Source: Vulcanimicrobiaceae bacterium (lineage in GTDB: Bacteria; Vulcanimicrobiota; Vulcanimicrobiia; Vulcanimicrobiales; Vulcanimicrobiaceae). Taken from it: a stretch of 64,000 nucleotides of DNA. The DNA lies in NCBI GenBank assembly GCA_050010375.1, contig JBEKLD010000004.1, positions 2,187-66,186 of the forward strand, given 5' to 3'. The notes below the pieces were generated by a model, which worked only from the letters and a program-made list of their open reading frames with translations, made no database searches and had not been told where the DNA came from. Positions 48,564-58,142 of this stretch are shown one piece after another; position 1 is the stretch's first letter, and each line of letters starts with the position of its first letter. The translations under genes and the position numbers were made by a program.

Positions 48564-49990
48564 GTCGCGACGGCGAGCGACGGGACGGTTTCGATCCGCT
48601 CGACCAGCTCCTCGGCGGGATAGGTCAAGATCTCGACCAGGGTCGGGTGGAGGTGCGGGATGCGCGCGTAGTCGCGCACCGTCGCGCCGAACGCCATCGC
48701 GACGATCAGCGGCTCGATCAGGTCCGAGGCCTCCGGTCCGAGGATCGCGGCGCCGAGGATCTTCCCGTCATCGGGCGCGGCCAGCATCTTCACGAAGCCT
48801 TTGGTCCGACCGAGCGCGACCGCCTTACCGTGTTCGCTGAACGGATACGTCGCCTTCAGGAACGGGATCCCGGCGCGCTCGAGCGCGCGCTCGGTCTCGC
48901 CGACGACGGCGACTTGCGGGTCGGTGAAGATCGTGTGCGTCTTGGTCAGCCGGTAGTCGGCCCGTTCGTGCGCGCCGGTCGCCGCGTTGCGGCCCGCGAT
49001 CTCACCCTGCTGGATCGCGACGTGGACGAGCGGATACATCCCGGTCACGTCGCCCACCGCGTAGATGTCGGGGTTCGACGTACGCAACGTCTCGTCGACG
49101 TCGATCCCGGTCAGCGCGTGGAAGGTCACTCCGGCGGCGTCGAGCCCGAGCCCCTCGACGTTGGGGACGCGTCCGAGCGCGAGGAAGATCTCGTGCGCCG
49201 CGACCGTCTCCTCGGCGCCGTTGCGGCGGAAGTGGACGACCTTGAGCCCGTCGCGCAGGCTGATCCGTTCGACCTGCGCGCCAGACTCGACCCGCATCCC
49301 CTCCTCGCGGAAGTACTCGGTCAGGCCCAGGCCGACGTCGGCGTCTTCGCCGGTCAGCAACTGTTGCGAGCGGATCACGAACGTCGTCGGGACGCCGGCC
49401 CGATGGAAGAACTGTCCGAGCTCGGCGCCGACGTAGCCGCCGCCCAACACGACGATCGAGCGCGGCGGCGCGACGAGGTCGAGCGCCGCGTCGCTGTCGA
49501 CATAGCCGGCCTCGACCAACCCCGGGACCACCGGCGGCGCAGTGACGCTCCCGGTCGCGACGACGAAGCGCGGCGCGTAGAGGACCTCGTCGCCGACCCG
49601 CAGGGTCGTTGGTGACTCGAAGCGCGCGTCGCCGCGGAAGAGCGGAAACGTCTCGATTCCGGCGATGCGATAGTCGGCCCAGTCTTGGACCAGCTCGCGC
49701 TTGCGCGCCTGCAGCGCGGCGTAGTCGAGTCCCGGCTCGCCGACGCGGATCCCCAACTCGGCCGACTCGCGGATCTGGTGCAACAGATCGCCGGTCGCGA
49801 TCAAGGTCTTCGAGGGCATGCAGCCGCGCAGGATACACAGGCCCCCGAGCGGACCGCGGTCGACGACCGCGACGTTTGCCCCTAAGTCGCGCGCGGTCCG
49901 CGCCGCCGCGTAGCCGCCGCTGCCGGCGCCGACGACGATGAGATCGAAACGATGTGGAATAGTGGTCGCTCCCCTGGCTTTCGACCCCAT
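48560..49990 (-). CDS. Class I pyridine nucleotide-disulfide oxidoreductase (LpdA/RclA-like)
   Basis: VVGAGSGG, GGLCILRGCMPSK, GGGYVGAE, IYAVGDV, HPTLVE. Confidence 0.88.
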   Translation of the reverse strand: MGSKARGATTIPHRFDLIVVGAGSGGYAAARTARDLGANVAVVDRGPLGGLCILRGCMPSKTLIATGDLLHQIRESAELGIRVGEPGLDYAALQARKRELVQDWADYRIAGIETFPLFRGDARFESPTTLRVGDEVLYAPRFVVATGSVTAPPVVPGLVEAGYVDSDAALDLVAPPRSIVVLGGGYVGAELGQFFHRAGVPTTFVIRSQQLLTGEDADVGLGLTEYFREEGMRVESGAQVERISLRDGLKVVHFRRNGAEETVAAHEIFLALGRVPNVEGLGLDAAGVTFHALTGIDVDETLRTSNPDIYAVGDVTGMYPLVHVAIQQGEIAGRNAATGAHERADYRLTKTHTIFTDPQVAVVGETERALERAGIPFLKATYPFSEHGKAVALGRTKGFVKMLAAPDDGKILGAAILGPEASDLIEPLIVAMAFGATVRDYARIPHLHPTLVEILTYPAEELVERIETVPSLAVAT

Positions 49991-50054
49991 TTTTCGCCCC
50001 AGGGTGGCGAACCATGCAGGCAAGGGACCGCGGCGGCGGTAAACGAGGGCGACC

Positions 50055-51593
50055 GTGGATTTCGCCGTCGTCGGGAATGTCGTCCGAACGAAGCCGGCGG
50101 CGCTCGTCGCGGCGGTCGGCCGGCCCGCCGTCGCCACCGTCGGCATCGCCGGGGTCAGCGTCGGCTTCTTCGCCTGGTATGCGGTCGCGCTGCGTTCCCC
50201 CCATCACGCCGCCTATCTCGACCTGACCCTCCTCTTGGCCTTGACGGCCGGGGTCGTCGCGGTCTTCGCCGCTTGGCTCGCCTACGGGCGGTACTTCGCG
50301 CGCCGGACCAACGTCGACGAGATCCTCGCCTTGCGCTACGACGCGCTCTGCTGGTCGGCACTCGTCCTGTTGTGGGGGATGCTCTTCCCGCCCAGCGGCG
50401 GCCACGGAACCGAAGGCTGGGCGGTGCTGGCGATCGGCCTCTGGGTCCTCGGCAAGATCGCGGTCGCGGCGCGCTTCAACCGCACGGTGCGCGAGGTCGC
50501 GGTGACGTTTCTGGTCACGCGGCTGCCGCTGATCGCGATCGCCGAGCTGGCCGCCGTCGTGATCGGTCAGCGTCCGGGCACGCATTACGCGGCCTCGACG
50601 AATCCGTTGTTCGCGGTCTGGGGCCGCTGGGACGCCGAACACTACCTGGGCATCGCGCAGCACGGCTACTCGGGGACCGAACCCGCCTTCTTCCCGCTCT
50701 ACCCGCTGCTGATTCGAATCGTCGGCGTCTTCATCGGCTCGCACCTGCTGGCCGGTCTGATCATCTCGAACGCCGCGAGTTTTCTCTCGCTGCTCTATCT
50801 CTACAAGCTGATCGAGCACGAGTACAACCGCCACGTCGCCCAGCGCGCGACGTTCTACGTCTCGATCTTCCCGACCGCGATCTTCTTCTCGGCCGTTTAC
50901 ACCGAGTCGCTGTTCCTGTTCCTGACCGTCGCCTCGTTCTACTATCTGCGCGAACGGCGCTGGCTGGTCGCCGGAGCCTTCGGCTTCTTCGCCGCCCTGA
51001 CGCGCTCCGAGGGGATCCTGCTGATCGCACCGATGGCGATCGAGTGGGTGCTCGCGATCCGCGAAGGCGGCCGCGAGTATCTGCGCTACACCTGGTCGGA
51101 CGTCGTGCGGCCGCTGCTGGCGATGGTCCTGGTCCCGTTGGGGCTAGCGACGTACATGGGATACCTGTGGGTCCTCAGCGGTGACCCGTTGCTGTTCTCC
51201 CACGTCCAGATCCACTGGAACCGCCATCTGGCCTGGCCGTGGGTCTCGATCCTGCACACGGTGCACACGATCCAGACCGCGCACGCGCAACAGACGATCG
51301 CCAACCAGATTCTCGAGCTGGCCTTCACGCTCTTGATGCTGGGCGTGCTGTTCGCCGGGCTGCGGCGGCTGCGGCTCTCCTACATCGTGTACATGGCGCT
51401 CTCGATCCTGGTCCCGCTCTCGACCAGCAGCCTGTTGAGCATGCCGCGCTTCGCGCTGGTCCTGTTCCCGATGTTCGCGCTGCTCGCGCTGTGGGGCGCG
51501 CGGCCGGCGATCAACAACGCGTACGTCGCCTTCTCGCTGCCGCTGCTCGGGTTGTTCACGGTCCTGTTCGCCGATTGGTACTGGGTCGCGTGA
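50055..51593 (+). CDS. GT-C mannosyltransferase (PIG-V/GT76-like)
   Basis: Polytopic; RWDAEHYLGIAQHGY, AFFPLYPLL, FFSAVYTESLFL, ALTRSEG. Confidence 0.8.
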   Translation: MDFAVVGNVVRTKPAALVAAVGRPAVATVGIAGVSVGFFAWYAVALRSPHHAAYLDLTLLLALTAGVVAVFAAWLAYGRYFARRTNVDEILALRYDALCWSALVLLWGMLFPPSGGHGTEGWAVLAIGLWVLGKIAVAARFNRTVREVAVTFLVTRLPLIAIAELAAVVIGQRPGTHYAASTNPLFAVWGRWDAEHYLGIAQHGYSGTEPAFFPLYPLLIRIVGVFIGSHLLAGLIISNAASFLSLLYLYKLIEHEYNRHVAQRATFYVSIFPTAIFFSAVYTESLFLFLTVASFYYLRERRWLVAGAFGFFAALTRSEGILLIAPMAIEWVLAIREGGREYLRYTWSDVVRPLLAMVLVPLGLATYMGYLWVLSGDPLLFSHVQIHWNRHLAWPWVSILHTVHTIQTAHAQQTIANQILELAFTLLMLGVLFAGLRRLRLSYIVYMALSILVPLSTSSLLSMPRFALVLFPMFALLALWGARPAINNAYVAFSLPLLGLFTVLFADWYWVA

Positions 51594-52024
51594 CGGTGGA
51601 GACGTCGTTCTTCGACCGTCTGACGCGCCGGCGCGGCGTGCGCCAGTTCGTCAAGTTCGGGATCGTCGGTGCGTCGGGCTTCGTGGTGAACCTGATCGTC
51701 TTCACCCTGCTGCAGCGGATCGTCCCGAACCACGCCGCCGCCGGGCCGTACAACACGATCTACTCGATCGGGTTCCTCGCCGGTGGCGTCTCGAACTGGT
51801 TCCTCAACCGCGTCTGGACGTTTCGCTCCTCGGGCCACGCCGGCAAAGAAGGCTTGCAGTTCCTGAGCGTCTCCGTCCTGGCGCTGATCGTCGCGTTGCT
51901 CATCTCGGCGGCGGTCGCGCCGTACTTGGGCCACGGCCACAAGACCTGGTTCGTCGCGACCTGCGCCGCGATCGTGGTGAACTTCTTCGTCAACAAGTAC
52001 TGGACGTTCCGAGCGGCCTTGTGA
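51590..52024 (+). CDS. GtrA family lipid-linked-sugar flippase-like protein
   Basis: RQFVKFGIVGASGFVVN, NWFLNRVWTF, NFFVNKYWTF; GTGA overlaps at both ends. Confidence 0.88.
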   Translation: MTVETSFFDRLTRRRGVRQFVKFGIVGASGFVVNLIVFTLLQRIVPNHAAAGPYNTIYSIGFLAGGVSNWFLNRVWTFRSSGHAGKEGLQFLSVSVLALIVALLISAAVAPYLGHGHKTWFVATCAAIVVNFFVNKYWTFRAAL

Positions 52025-53613
52025 CTCCGCGGCGTCTGTTCTGGGGCGCGACGCTGCTCGTCGCGCTGCTCGGCCTCGTGCTGCGCCTCAAGGGGATCCA
52101 CGACCCGATCTTCGATCATCCGGGCTGGCGCCAAGGCGACACGGCCGCGATCGCCCGCAATTTCGCGCAGCTGCAATACAACCCGCTCTTCCCGCAGACC
52201 GACTACGACGGACCGCCGCCGAACTACGTCGAGCTCGAGTTACAGATCGTCCCGTTCCTGGCGGCGACGGTCTACAAGCTGATCGGCGTCCACGAGATCG
52301 TCGGCCGGCTGATCTCGCTCGCCTTCGGGGTTGCGACGATCGTCCTCATCGCCCCGTTCGGCCGCTGGTTGTTCCGCTCAGCGCTGGCAGGCATCGCGGC
52401 GGCGGCACTCTATACCGTGCTGCCCGGCGCGTGGTACTACAGCCGGACCTTCATGCCGGACACCGCGATGGTCTTCTTGCTCACCGCGGCGCTGTATGCC
52501 GGCGGGCGCTGGGTCGTCGACGACGAGGCGCGCTCGTGGCGCGGCTGGTGGCCGGCGGCGCTGTTGCTCGCGTTGGCCTTTCTCGCCAAGCCCGTCGCGG
52601 TGTTCGGCGCGATCCCGCTAGCAGCCGCGGCCATCGGCCGGCTCGGCTGGCGCGGCGCGCTCGCACGCCCGCAGCTGTGGGCGCTCGCGCTGGCGGGCTT
52701 CGTTCCGCTCGCGCTCTACGAGAACGTCGTCTCGTCCCACGCCGAGTGGCACTGGGCGAGCGGCATCACGCGCCTGCACGTGCTGCCCTCGCTGCACGCG
52801 GCGCTGACCTCGCCGCACGCGTTCGTGGCGAAGGCGCTCGCGTTCGCCCACGCGCTGCGCATGCTCGCGACGACGATGCTCGGCCCGGTCGGGATCGTGC
52901 TCGCGATCGTCGGCTTCGCGGTCCCGCTGCGCTCGCGCAGCGATGCACTCGTGTGGGGCTGGCTCGCCGGCGGGCTCGTCTACGCCTACGTCGTGGTGAC
53001 CGTCGAGCAGGTCGACTACTACCTCTACCCGCTGCTCCCGCTGGGGGCGCTGGTCGCCGGCCGGCTCGCCGTCTGGACGGTCGAGCGCTGGGGCGCGCAG
53101 CCGCAGCGCCGCGCGACGCTGGCCGGGATTGGCGCGTTCATCTGGCTGCTCGCGCTGGGCGCCGGCTACCGCGAGATCGCGCCGTACTGGAACTGGAGCC
53201 GGGTCAACTACGCGCGCGCCAAGCAGCTCGACGCGACGCTCGCACCCGGCGCGCTGATCGTGATGGGGCACTACGACCCTTCGATTCTCTACACGATCGA
53301 CCGCAAGGGCTGGGAGGAAGACCCGCAGCTGTGGACCCCGTTCGACGAAGAGAGCGCGATCCGCAAAGGGGCGCGCTACTTCGTCGCGGTCGAGCACGCG
53401 CGCCTGGAGCAGACGAACCTCGAGCTGTACTGCTGGCTCAGCCGCTTCCCGGTCCTCGATCCGAGCGCGGCGTGGCCGGTGTACGAGACCGATCCCGCGA
53501 AGGTATTGCCCGGCGCCGAGCAGCGCTGGCGCGCGTTCCGTACCCGGGAGATGGCGGGCGCGTTCGCGCACTGGAGGCAGGTATGGAGATCGTCACCCGA
53601 CCCGTGTCGGTAA
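52021..53613 (+). CDS. GT-C glycosyltransferase (ArnT/PMT, GT39/83-like)
   Basis: WRQGDTAAIARNF, ELQIVP, YSRTFMPD, LAKP; multiple TM helices. Confidence 0.8.
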   Translation: MTPRRLFWGATLLVALLGLVLRLKGIHDPIFDHPGWRQGDTAAIARNFAQLQYNPLFPQTDYDGPPPNYVELELQIVPFLAATVYKLIGVHEIVGRLISLAFGVATIVLIAPFGRWLFRSALAGIAAAALYTVLPGAWYYSRTFMPDTAMVFLLTAALYAGGRWVVDDEARSWRGWWPAALLLALAFLAKPVAVFGAIPLAAAAIGRLGWRGALARPQLWALALAGFVPLALYENVVSSHAEWHWASGITRLHVLPSLHAALTSPHAFVAKALAFAHALRMLATTMLGPVGIVLAIVGFAVPLRSRSDALVWGWLAGGLVYAYVVVTVEQVDYYLYPLLPLGALVAGRLAVWTVERWGAQPQRRATLAGIGAFIWLLALGAGYREIAPYWNWSRVNYARAKQLDATLAPGALIVMGHYDPSILYTIDRKGWEEDPQLWTPFDEESAIRKGARYFVAVEHARLEQTNLELYCWLSRFPVLDPSAAWPVYETDPAKVLPGAEQRWRAFRTREMAGAFAHWRQVWRSSPDPCR

Positions 53614-55253
53614 CCGTCGGCGACCTCGACCGTGAGGTCGCGACGGTACGCGACCACGCGGAGGGCTGGGCGCGGCTCGGTTTCGCCGGCAAGATCCGGC
53701 ACCTGCGCGCTCTGCGCGCGCGCACGATCGAACAAGCGGCGACCTGGGCCGCGCTCGGCGCGCAGGCGAAGGGGATCGCGGGGACGCCGCTGCTCGGCGA
53801 GGAGTGGTTCTCCGGCCCGTACGCGCTGCTCGCGACGATCGACGCGCTGGCCGCGACGCTGCGCGATCTCGCCCAAGATGGCGCACCGCACTTTCCGAGC
53901 CCGCCGCGCGTGCGCGCCGGCGGCCAAGTCGTCGTCGACGTCTTCCCGGTCGAGCCGGCGGACCGGCTGCTGCTCAGCGGCGTGCGCGCCGAGACCTGGA
54001 TGGAACCCGACGTCACGCTCGAGACGCTGCTCGACCACACGGCGGGCTTCTACAAGCGCGAGAAGCCGCCCGGCCGCGTCACGCTAGTGCTCGGCGCCGG
54101 CAACGTCGCGAGCATCCCACCACTCGACGTGCTGACGGTGCTGTACGGGCAGGGCAGCAGCGCGATCCTCAAGCTGAACCCCGTCAACGCCTACCTGCAG
54201 CCGGTTTTCGAAACGATCTTCGCCGCGCTGATCGACGAGGGCTTCGTGCGCATCGTCGGCGGCGGCGCCGACGTCGGCGCGTACCTCTGCTCGCATCCGG
54301 CGATCGACGCGGTCCACCTGACCGGGGGTGAGCGCACCCACGACGCGATCGTCTTCGGGACGGGCCCCGAGGGCGCGGCCCGCAAGCGCGACGGGACGCC
54401 GCTCTTGACCAAGCCCGTCAGCAGCGAGCTGGGCAACGTCACGCCGGTGATCGTCGTCCCGGGTCCATGGAGCGCGCCCGACCTCGTCTTCCAAGCCGCG
54501 CACGTCGCGACGATGAAGCTGCACAACGCCGGCGCGAACTGCATCGCCGCACAGGTGTTGGTCGTACCGGCCGAATGGCCGCAGACGCCACGCTTCGTCG
54601 AGCGCATCGGCGAGGCGCTGCGCCAGGCGCCGGCGCGTCCGACCTACTACCCCGGCGTCGCGCGCACCGAGCGCGCTTTCGTGACCGGCATCGATGCGAG
54701 TACCGACGAGCCGCTCTTCCGCGAAGAGCTGTTCGCGCCCGTGCTGGCGCAGACGGCGCTCCCCGGCGCCGACCCCGCGACGTTCCTGCGCAACGCGGTC
54801 GCGTTCTGCAACGAGCATCTGCGCGGCACGCTCGGCGCGAGCATCCTCATCCACCCGCGCACGATCACCGCGCTCGGCCCTGCGTTCGACGAAGCCGTCG
54901 CGGCGCTGCGCTACGGCTGCGTCGCGATCAACACCTGGCCCGGCGTCGGCTTTCTCTTGCCGACCGCGACCTGGGGCGCCTATCCGGGGAACACGCCGGC
55001 CGACGTCGGGAGCGGGATCGGCGTCGTCCACAACGCGTTCCTGTTCGACCGCCCGCAGAAGACAGTCGTGCGCGCGCCCTTCGCGCCGTTCCCGCGCTCC
55101 TTCGGCGACGGCGAACCGACGCTGCTCCCGACGCCGCCGTGGTTCGTCACCCACCGCCGCGCCGACGTCGTCGGCCGTCGCATGTTCGCCTTCACCGCCA
55201 GCCCCTCGCCGCTGCGCCTCGCCTCGACGGCGCTCGCGGCGATGCGCTCCTAG
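53583..55253 (+). CDS. Aldehyde dehydrogenase family protein
   Basis: LGAGN, HLTGG..TH, SELGNVTP (Glu), NAGANC (Cys), EELFAP, YG.VAINTW. Confidence 0.85.
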   Translation: MEIVTRPVSVTVGDLDREVATVRDHAEGWARLGFAGKIRHLRALRARTIEQAATWAALGAQAKGIAGTPLLGEEWFSGPYALLATIDALAATLRDLAQDGAPHFPSPPRVRAGGQVVVDVFPVEPADRLLLSGVRAETWMEPDVTLETLLDHTAGFYKREKPPGRVTLVLGAGNVASIPPLDVLTVLYGQGSSAILKLNPVNAYLQPVFETIFAALIDEGFVRIVGGGADVGAYLCSHPAIDAVHLTGGERTHDAIVFGTGPEGAARKRDGTPLLTKPVSSELGNVTPVIVVPGPWSAPDLVFQAAHVATMKLHNAGANCIAAQVLVVPAEWPQTPRFVERIGEALRQAPARPTYYPGVARTERAFVTGIDASTDEPLFREELFAPVLAQTALPGADPATFLRNAVAFCNEHLRGTLGASILIHPRTITALGPAFDEAVAALRYGCVAINTWPGVGFLLPTATWGAYPGNTPADVGSGIGVVHNAFLFDRPQKTVVRAPFAPFPRSFGDGEPTLLPTPPWFVTHRRADVVGRRMFAFTASPSPLRLASTALAAMRS

Positions 55254-55342
55254 TAGTCGACGGCGACGACTGCCGATGCCCAAACGGCGCGCGTCGTAGC
55301 GCCGACGAGCGAGAGTGTCAAGAACGTCGACCGTTTGAGCAT
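55250..55342 (-). CDS. 30-aa small ORF resembling a bare Tat-like signal peptide
   Basis: AGGAGAAGAG SD + ATG; MLKRSTFLTLSLVGATTRAVWASAVVAVDY*; below the ORF-track cutoff. Confidence 0.5.
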   Translation of the reverse strand: MLKRSTFLTLSLVGATTRAVWASAVVAVDY

Positions 55343-55360
55343 GGCTCTCTTCTCCTTAGA

Positions 55361-56026
55361 TTAAGGGAGGGGTAAGAGGCTGGCCGGCGGGGCGAGTTCC
55401 TCGCCGGCCTGCTCGGGGACTCCGGACTCGACCAACTGGCGGTATTGGACGAGCCTGCTGCGCAAACGCGCCAGGTCCTCCTCGAGGACGTCGCTCTGGC
55501 GCAGCGCGGTGGTCAGGTCGGCGGTGTCGTAGGTGTAGTCGAAGCGCTGCAGGGCGCCCAGGACCTCTTTGTCTTGCGCTTCGAGCGCGATGTAGCCGCG
55601 CCGCAGGCTGCCGCCCGTGTAGGCGTACGACGGGTAGTTCGAGACGACGATGTCGCGCTTGAGCTCGGCCTGCTCGATCTCGTTGCGCATCCCGGCGATG
55701 CGGTCGTCGGAGGGCGTGTAATGCGCGGCGATCGCCAGCGCGTCGATCGCGTCGTCGAAGCGCGAGGAGGCGTAGTAGACCTGCGCCAGCCGCAGCTGCA
55801 CGGTCGCCAGGCCGGCCCGCGCATGCGCGTCGGTCGGATCGATGTTGAGTGCGAGCTGGTACGCCACCGACGCGTCGGGGTAGTTCCGATGGCTGAGCGC
55901 GACGTCGCCCTGATGGTTGCGCGTTCGCACGATCCATTGGGCGACGCCGGTCCCACAACCGCTCGTCCCGAGCGGGAGCACGGCACAGGCCAGCAGCAGG
56001 GTGAGGTATCGAAGGGTTCGTCGCAT
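55361..56026 (-). CDS. TPR-repeat lipoprotein
   Basis: Lipobox-like TSGC; YQLALNIDPTDAHARAGL and AIDALAIAAHYTPSD TPR helices; TGATG coupling. Confidence 0.7.
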   Translation of the reverse strand: MRRTLRYLTLLLACAVLPLGTSGCGTGVAQWIVRTRNHQGDVALSHRNYPDASVAYQLALNIDPTDAHARAGLATVQLRLAQVYYASSRFDDAIDALAIAAHYTPSDDRIAGMRNEIEQAELKRDIVVSNYPSYAYTGGSLRRGYIALEAQDKEVLGALQRFDYTYDTADLTTALRQSDVLEEDLARLRSRLVQYRQLVESGVPEQAGEELAPPASLLPLP

Positions 56027-56886
56027 CAGTGTTTGCTCGAAACGAAGAGGTGCGATGCCGCGGCGATGTAGACCGCGGCCGGGTAGAGGATGATCTGAGC
56101 GAGGAGCGTTCCGATGAACGCCGTCACGACCAGCGTGACGATCATCGCGTGGACGTGGCTGGTCGGGCGCTCGCCGCGGACGGTCTGGTCGACGATGTAG
56201 GCCGACGTCGGGTCGACGAAGAGCGAGAAGGCGACGGTCCCGATCCCGTTCACGAGGCCTGAGAGGCCGATCGCCGTCCCACGTGCCTGCAGGTTGAGGA
56301 CGCTCGCGTAGTACGCGGAGACGACGCCGATCGAGTAGACCGTCATGATGATCAGGTTGCCGATCAACAGCCGGCGCGGAATCGCCCGGAAGGGAAGCGT
56401 GCGCGCCTCGCGCCACGACGGCAAGCGAACCTCGCGGATCAGGTCGAGCTGCACGCGTGGGTCGAGCAGGCGCATCAGCGCGACCGGGATCGAGCCGACC
56501 CGCTCGAAGGCGCGCACGCCGCGGACGAACAGCACGATGAAGACCGGCATCAGGATCGCGCCAACGACGATCCCGACCGTCCCCGAACCGACGATGATCC
56601 GCAGTTGCGTGTCGAAGATGTGCAGCGCCGGCGGCGTGAGGGTCGTCCGGCCGGCGGCGAGCGCGGCGTTCGCCGGGCGATCGGCCAGCCCGCCCAGCGC
56701 CGGCGTCACGACCAGGTTCGCGAGCCGGCTGGCGGTGACGACCAACGAGAAGAGCGAGATCGCGGTCGCGATGCGTCCGGTCGTCACGCCGGCGACGCGC
56801 GCCGCGTAGGCGCCGATCTGGATCGCCTGGGTCACCAAGTTCAGGCCCGCAGCGATGAACAAATCCGGCACCAGGATGCCGGTCAC
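56026..56886 (-). CDS. amj: Amj-family lipid II flippase (DUF2837)
   Basis: AYAARVAGV..GRIATAISLFSLVVTASRLAN, YSIGVVSAYYA, SGLVNGIGT...LFVDP, GTLLAQ; closely parallels B. subtilis Amj from recall. Confidence 0.85.
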   Translation of the reverse strand: MTGILVPDLFIAAGLNLVTQAIQIGAYAARVAGVTTGRIATAISLFSLVVTASRLANLVVTPALGGLADRPANAALAAGRTTLTPPALHIFDTQLRIIVGSGTVGIVVGAILMPVFIVLFVRGVRAFERVGSIPVALMRLLDPRVQLDLIREVRLPSWREARTLPFRAIPRRLLIGNLIIMTVYSIGVVSAYYASVLNLQARGTAIGLSGLVNGIGTVAFSLFVDPTSAYIVDQTVRGERPTSHVHAMIVTLVVTAFIGTLLAQIILYPAAVYIAAASHLFVSSKH

Positions 56887-58142
56887 GCCGCCTCCGCGCC
56901 GCGCAATCGCACCCCGCGCACGGGGGCTGGCCCGAGCGCGCACAGCCCGCGCGAGACGGGCCCGAGCAGGTCGCGCGCCAGCGCGTCGACCGCGGCCACG
57001 TCGACCGCGTCGAAGCGCTCCTCGACCTCCTCGGTGGAGATCTGCCGGCCGTGCACGATGTGGTTGCGCGCCAGGCGCGACATCCGGTTGTAGGTGCTCT
57101 CGAGCGCCAGCGTCAGGTTCCCCTTGAGGTGCTCGCGGGCGCGCTCGACCTCGTCGGCCCGGACACCGTCCTGGAGCAACCGGTCGAGCTCGTCGACGAT
57201 GACGTCGACGCACTCCTGCGCGCGCTCGGGCGTGCAGCCCGCGCTCACCCCGAACAGGCCGGCCTCGCGGTAGCCCTGCTGGAAGGTCGCGATCTCGTAG
57301 GCCAGCCCGCGTTCTTCGCGCACGCTCTGGAAGAGCCGGCTCGACATCCCGCCGCCGAGGAGCGTGTCGAGCACCGAGAGCGCATAGCGCCGTTCGTCGC
57401 GCAAGGCGAGCCCCGGCGTCCCGAGCATCAGGTAGGCTTGTTCGGTCTCGTCGAGGGTGACGTCGAGCGTCGGCGTGAAGCGCGGCTGCTCGGAGGCCGG
57501 CGGCCGCGCCGGGCCGGCGAACGCGCCGAACGCCTCGCCGACCAGCGCCACGACCGCCTCGTGCTCGAGGTTGCCGGCGGCGGTGATGAAGACGGTCGCC
57601 GGCGCGTAACGCGACGCGTGCCACGCGACGAGGTCCTCGCGCTCGAGCGCGCCGACCGTCTCGGTGAAGCCGATCGTCGGATCGCCCAGGTTCGCGCCGC
57701 GCCACAGCACGCGCGTGAAGCGGTCGTGGAGCACCTCAGCCGGGCTGTCGTCGTACATCCGGATCTCTTCGAGCACGACCTGGCGCTCGCGCTGGACGTC
57801 GTCGGCCGCGAAGAGTGCGTGCTGGAGCATGTCGGCCAGCACGTCGACCGCGCGCGGCAGATGCCGGTCGACGACGTGCGCGTAGAAGCACGTCGTCTCT
57901 TTGTCGGTCATGGCGTTGAGCTCGCCGCCGACCGCGTCCATCTCCTCGGCGATCGCGCGCGCCGTGCGGCGCGGCGTCCCCTTGAAGACCATGTGCTCGA
58001 GCAGATGCGAGATCCCGCGCCGCTCGGCGGGCTCGGTCGCCGAGCCGACGTCGCACCAGACGCCAAGCGTCGCCGAGCGCACCTGCGGCATGGCCTCGGT
58101 CAGCACTGCCAAGCCGCTGGGGAGGGTCGAGATTCGAATCAT
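56883..58142 (-). CDS. M16 family zinc peptidase
   Basis: GISHLLEHMVFKGT (HxxEH), NAMTDKE.T, LGGGMSSRLFQ.VREERGLAY. Confidence 0.92.
   Translation of the reverse strand: MIRISTLPSGLAVLTEAMPQVRSATLGVWCDVGSATEPAERRGISHLLEHMVFKGTPRRTARAIAEEMDAVGGELNAMTDKETTCFYAHVVDRHLPRAVDVLADMLQHALFAADDVQRERQVVLEEIRMYDDSPAEVLHDRFTRVLWRGANLGDPTIGFTETVGALEREDLVAWHASRYAPATVFITAAGNLEHEAVVALVGEAFGAFAGPARPPASEQPRFTPTLDVTLDETEQAYLMLGTPGLALRDERRYALSVLDTLLGGGMSSRLFQSVREERGLAYEIATFQQGYREAGLFGVSAGCTPERAQECVDVIVDELDRLLQDGVRADEVERAREHLKGNLTLALESTYNRMSRLARNHIVHGRQISTEEVEERFDAVDVAAVDALARDLLGPVSRGLCALGPAPVRGVRLRGAEAA

Noticed and set aside
48560-49990. Mercuric reductase MerA
   Set aside because: No C-terminal Cys-Cys, no NmerA domain and no merR/T/P genes.
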